Under the pieces are notes generated by a model that was not told where the DNA came from, did no database searches, and was given only the letters and a program-made list of their open reading frames with translations. From Candidatus Woesearchaeota archaeon (GTDB lineage Archaea > Nanobdellota > Nanobdellia > SCGC-AAA011-G17 > PNOQ01), in contig JABHMJ010000043.1 of the NCBI GenBank assembly GCA_018693795.1, positions 1 to 49,971 on the forward strand: a DNA stretch of 49,971 bases, given 5' to 3'. How positions within the stretch are numbered: position 1 is the stretch's first letter; each line of letters opens with the position of its first letter. The position numbers and the translations under genes are program-made. This document shows positions 47,914 to 49,971 of the stretch, one piece after another.

Positions 47914-48969
47914 ATGAAAATTTGGGTGGCATTAGTAATTCTATTAATTATTCCTGTTTCTATAGCAAAAGATGTTGATATTCCTAAAGTTTTTGAAACT
48001 GAAAAAGGTTTAACAGAAGAAACTACTTATTTTTACACAGGAGATAAATTACTTGCATCTAAAGATTCTTCAGGAATAACTTATCATTATCAAAATAGAT
48101 TAAATTCAGACATTAATTCTAAATCACTTCCATTCGGACAAGAAATAAATAATCAAAAAAGATTTTCATTTACTGGAAAAGAACTAGATGAGAGCCTTTA
48201 TTATTTTGGAGCAAGATATTACGATCCAAAGATTGGCAGATTTACTTCAGTAGATCCAGTAAAATCAGAACCCCCTTATCAATATGTAAAAAATAATCCA
48301 ATGAATCTAATAGACCCTGACGGCAGACAAACTGTAGAAACCTCATTTGATGAATTTAAATCATATCTAAAAAAATATTTCAAACCAGAAATAAGAAGAC
48401 ATGCAGATAAAATAGTAAATATGGCCTATGGAGAAGTATCATTTGAAACCACAAGTGGAGAAAGAAGTTTTTCAGTTTACCCTGGATTTGCATCTAATAC
48501 AGAATTCAGGAATACTGCATTTGAATTAGCTAAAGATTACTATGTAAATTCATATATGGATGGCGGGGCAACTAGAATAGAAGCCTTACGTGGTTATTGG
48601 ACTGAAATGACATTAGTAAGAATGAATGAAGAAGTGCCAGGAGGAATAGAAGAAAAATATTATCATGTTGATGTTGGTTTTGACAATGTTAAATGGTACA
48701 GAGGGATATTTAGGTTAGAAAAAGTTGAAAGAAATATTCCAATAAGTTTGAGATTAGATATAGCTTTAGATCTATTTGCAGAAGGAACAGTAGAAAGAGC
48801 TGCTGTAGAATTAAGAATGGATCAAGATAATAAAAGAAAACAAAAACAATTAGATAGATTAATATTTAAAAGAGAAACAGGAAAAGAAATGCCAAAATCA
48901 AGTTGGACAGATAATATAAAAATTAAAAGAAATTTCTTAAATGACATATATGACTTTGTCCATAGATAG
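47914..48969 (+). CDS. Secreted mini-RHS protein 3; unknown C-terminal cargo
   Basis: Signal peptide; FTGKELDESLYYFGARYYDPKIGRFTSVDP...NNPMNLIDPDG. Confidence 0.85.
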   Translation: MKIWVALVILLIIPVSIAKDVDIPKVFETEKGLTEETTYFYTGDKLLASKDSSGITYHYQNRLNSDINSKSLPFGQEINNQKRFSFTGKELDESLYYFGARYYDPKIGRFTSVDPVKSEPPYQYVKNNPMNLIDPDGRQTVETSFDEFKSYLKKYFKPEIRRHADKIVNMAYGEVSFETTSGERSFSVYPGFASNTEFRNTAFELAKDYYVNSYMDGGATRIEALRGYWTEMTLVRMNEEVPGGIEEKYYHVDVGFDNVKWYRGIFRLEKVERNIPISLRLDIALDLFAEGTVERAAVELRMDQDNKRKQKQLDRLIFKRETGKEMPKSSWTDNIKIKRNFLNDIYDFVHR

Positions 48970-49007
48970 TTAATTTTATAAATAATATAAAGTTCTAATT
49001 TCTATGT

Positions 49008-49130
49008 CCCGTCATAGCTCAGCGGTAGAGCGTGTGGCTGTAGATACTATTAGACTATGTCGTAAAGACTAGGTATGAAAAATAGTCAGCTGAACCCGCA
49101 AGGTCCCCGGTTCAAATCCGGGTGACGGGA
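49008..49130 (+). tRNA. tRNA-Tyr(GTA) with an intron of about 51 nt (approx. 49044-49094)
   Basis: CCCGTCA/TGACGGG acceptor (C1-G72, A73), GCTC/GAGC D stem, TGTGG/CCGCA anticodon stem, CCCGG-TTCAAAT-CCGGG T arm. Confidence 0.9.
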
Positions 49131-49192
49131 TAACTTTTCTTAAGTGGTAACAATTAGAAAGATTTATAAATAACTTAAAAATTATCCTTTAT

Positions 49193-49627
49193 ATGAAAGA
49201 TTCCAATATAGACTATGGATTTGAAAAAATATTAAACGATATTTCAAAAGGTATAAAAAAAGCATATAGTTTCGGTTATGCTGCTCCAACTTATTTCAGA
49301 AAAAACGATGAAAAGCAAAAAAGAACCAACAACCCAAATCTATTTTATTCAAAAAATGATATAGGGGAAGTGGGTGCAGCTAGTCTTGCTGGATCATTTG
49401 CTGGATTTATGGTTAATGGATTAACAATTGTCCCTTCATTAGGCTTAATATTAAATTCTTCTAAACTTCCAGATAATGTCTTATTTCCTGCATTATTCAT
49501 TCCATTCATTACCAACTCAATTTCAGGAATATATGAGCATTATTTCGTTCAACCATACTTAAAACAACAAGAAACAAACAACACAATTGAAAATTTAATT
49601 GAAGATTCAAAAGGAGATAATAATTAA
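49193..49627 (+). CDS. Hypothetical membrane protein
   Basis: 144-aa ORF with two hydrophobic segments; TTTATAAA upstream. Confidence 0.6.
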   Translation: MKDSNIDYGFEKILNDISKGIKKAYSFGYAAPTYFRKNDEKQKRTNNPNLFYSKNDIGEVGAASLAGSFAGFMVNGLTIVPSLGLILNSSKLPDNVLFPALFIPFITNSISGIYEHYFVQPYLKQQETNNTIENLIEDSKGDNN

Positions 49628-49629
49628 AA

Positions 49630-49971
49630 ATGGACGAATATCAGGAAATTAATGAAAGAAAACATATGCTTATTAGGCCCAGACATAGGGCAGATAGCAT
49701 TATAAGAAATTTAGATAGAGATTTGAAATCAAATTTCCCTCATCTCGAAATTCAAACTGATCACACACATATATCAAATGGCAGGATACTTGAGGTTGGA
49801 TTCTCTAGCAAAGGAAATATTTTGGAAGGGAAAATGAAATATAAATATTATTTTGGTCATGCAGGCGATTCAGATGGTGGAAATCATACTCTTGAATCAT
49901 CTTTTACCTATTGTCCTCCAATAGAAAATTCCCAAGAATATGAACAATTAAAAAAATTGATAAATAAAAAA
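49630..49971 (+). CDS. Hypothetical protein, truncated at the window end
   Basis: MDEYQEINERK... open to the last base. Confidence 0.55.
   Translation, partial: MDEYQEINERKHMLIRPRHRADSIIRNLDRDLKSNFPHLEIQTDHTHISNGRILEVGFSSKGNILEGKMKYKYYFGHAGDSDGGNHTLESSFTYCPPIENSQEYEQLKKLINKK

Noticed and set aside
10989..48969. Diversity-generating retroelement as the source of mini-RHS variation
   Set aside because: No reverse transcriptase in the window, and the differences are whole-domain swaps rather than adenine-specific changes.
47914..49130. tRNA-Tyr as an integration site for mini-RHS 3
   Set aside because: No duplicated tRNA fragment or nearby integrase seen in the window.

Overview
AT-rich archaeal chromosome segment, most consistent with a DPANN/Nanobdellota lineage (Woese-/Pacearchaeota-like). 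The evidence is archaeal rpl10e, rpl35Ae, Rpp30, DUF357, NcsA/SAMP/UbaA, BRE-TATA promoters, mostly leaderless genes and a tRNA-Tyr with an intron. Bases 1-10.9 kb form a defence-type island: an SF1 helicase-Vsr-like nuclease (Hhe-like), a DUF2779-like nuclease, type III R-M, RadC and a tyrosine integrase. The rest mixes housekeeping genes (ppsA, pyrH, thyX, tmk, acs, hppA, 2-oxoacid:ferredoxin oxidoreductase, sufS) with many orphan ORFs. Two observations stand out. (1) At 34202-34487 there are two unannotated tandem minus-strand ncRNA candidates. Each has its own TATA promoter and two bulge-free, UUCG-capped rod hairpins in which every mismatch is pyrimidine-pyrimidine, mostly periodic tandem U.U. 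(2) Three dispersed 'mini-RHS' secreted proteins combine a signal peptide, an RHS autoprotease core without a YD shell and swapped C-terminal cargo. They occur in a genome that also encodes bacterial-envelope-type proteins (lytic transglycosylase, LysM, Lgt). All assignments come from motif recognition by eye; no database searches were run.
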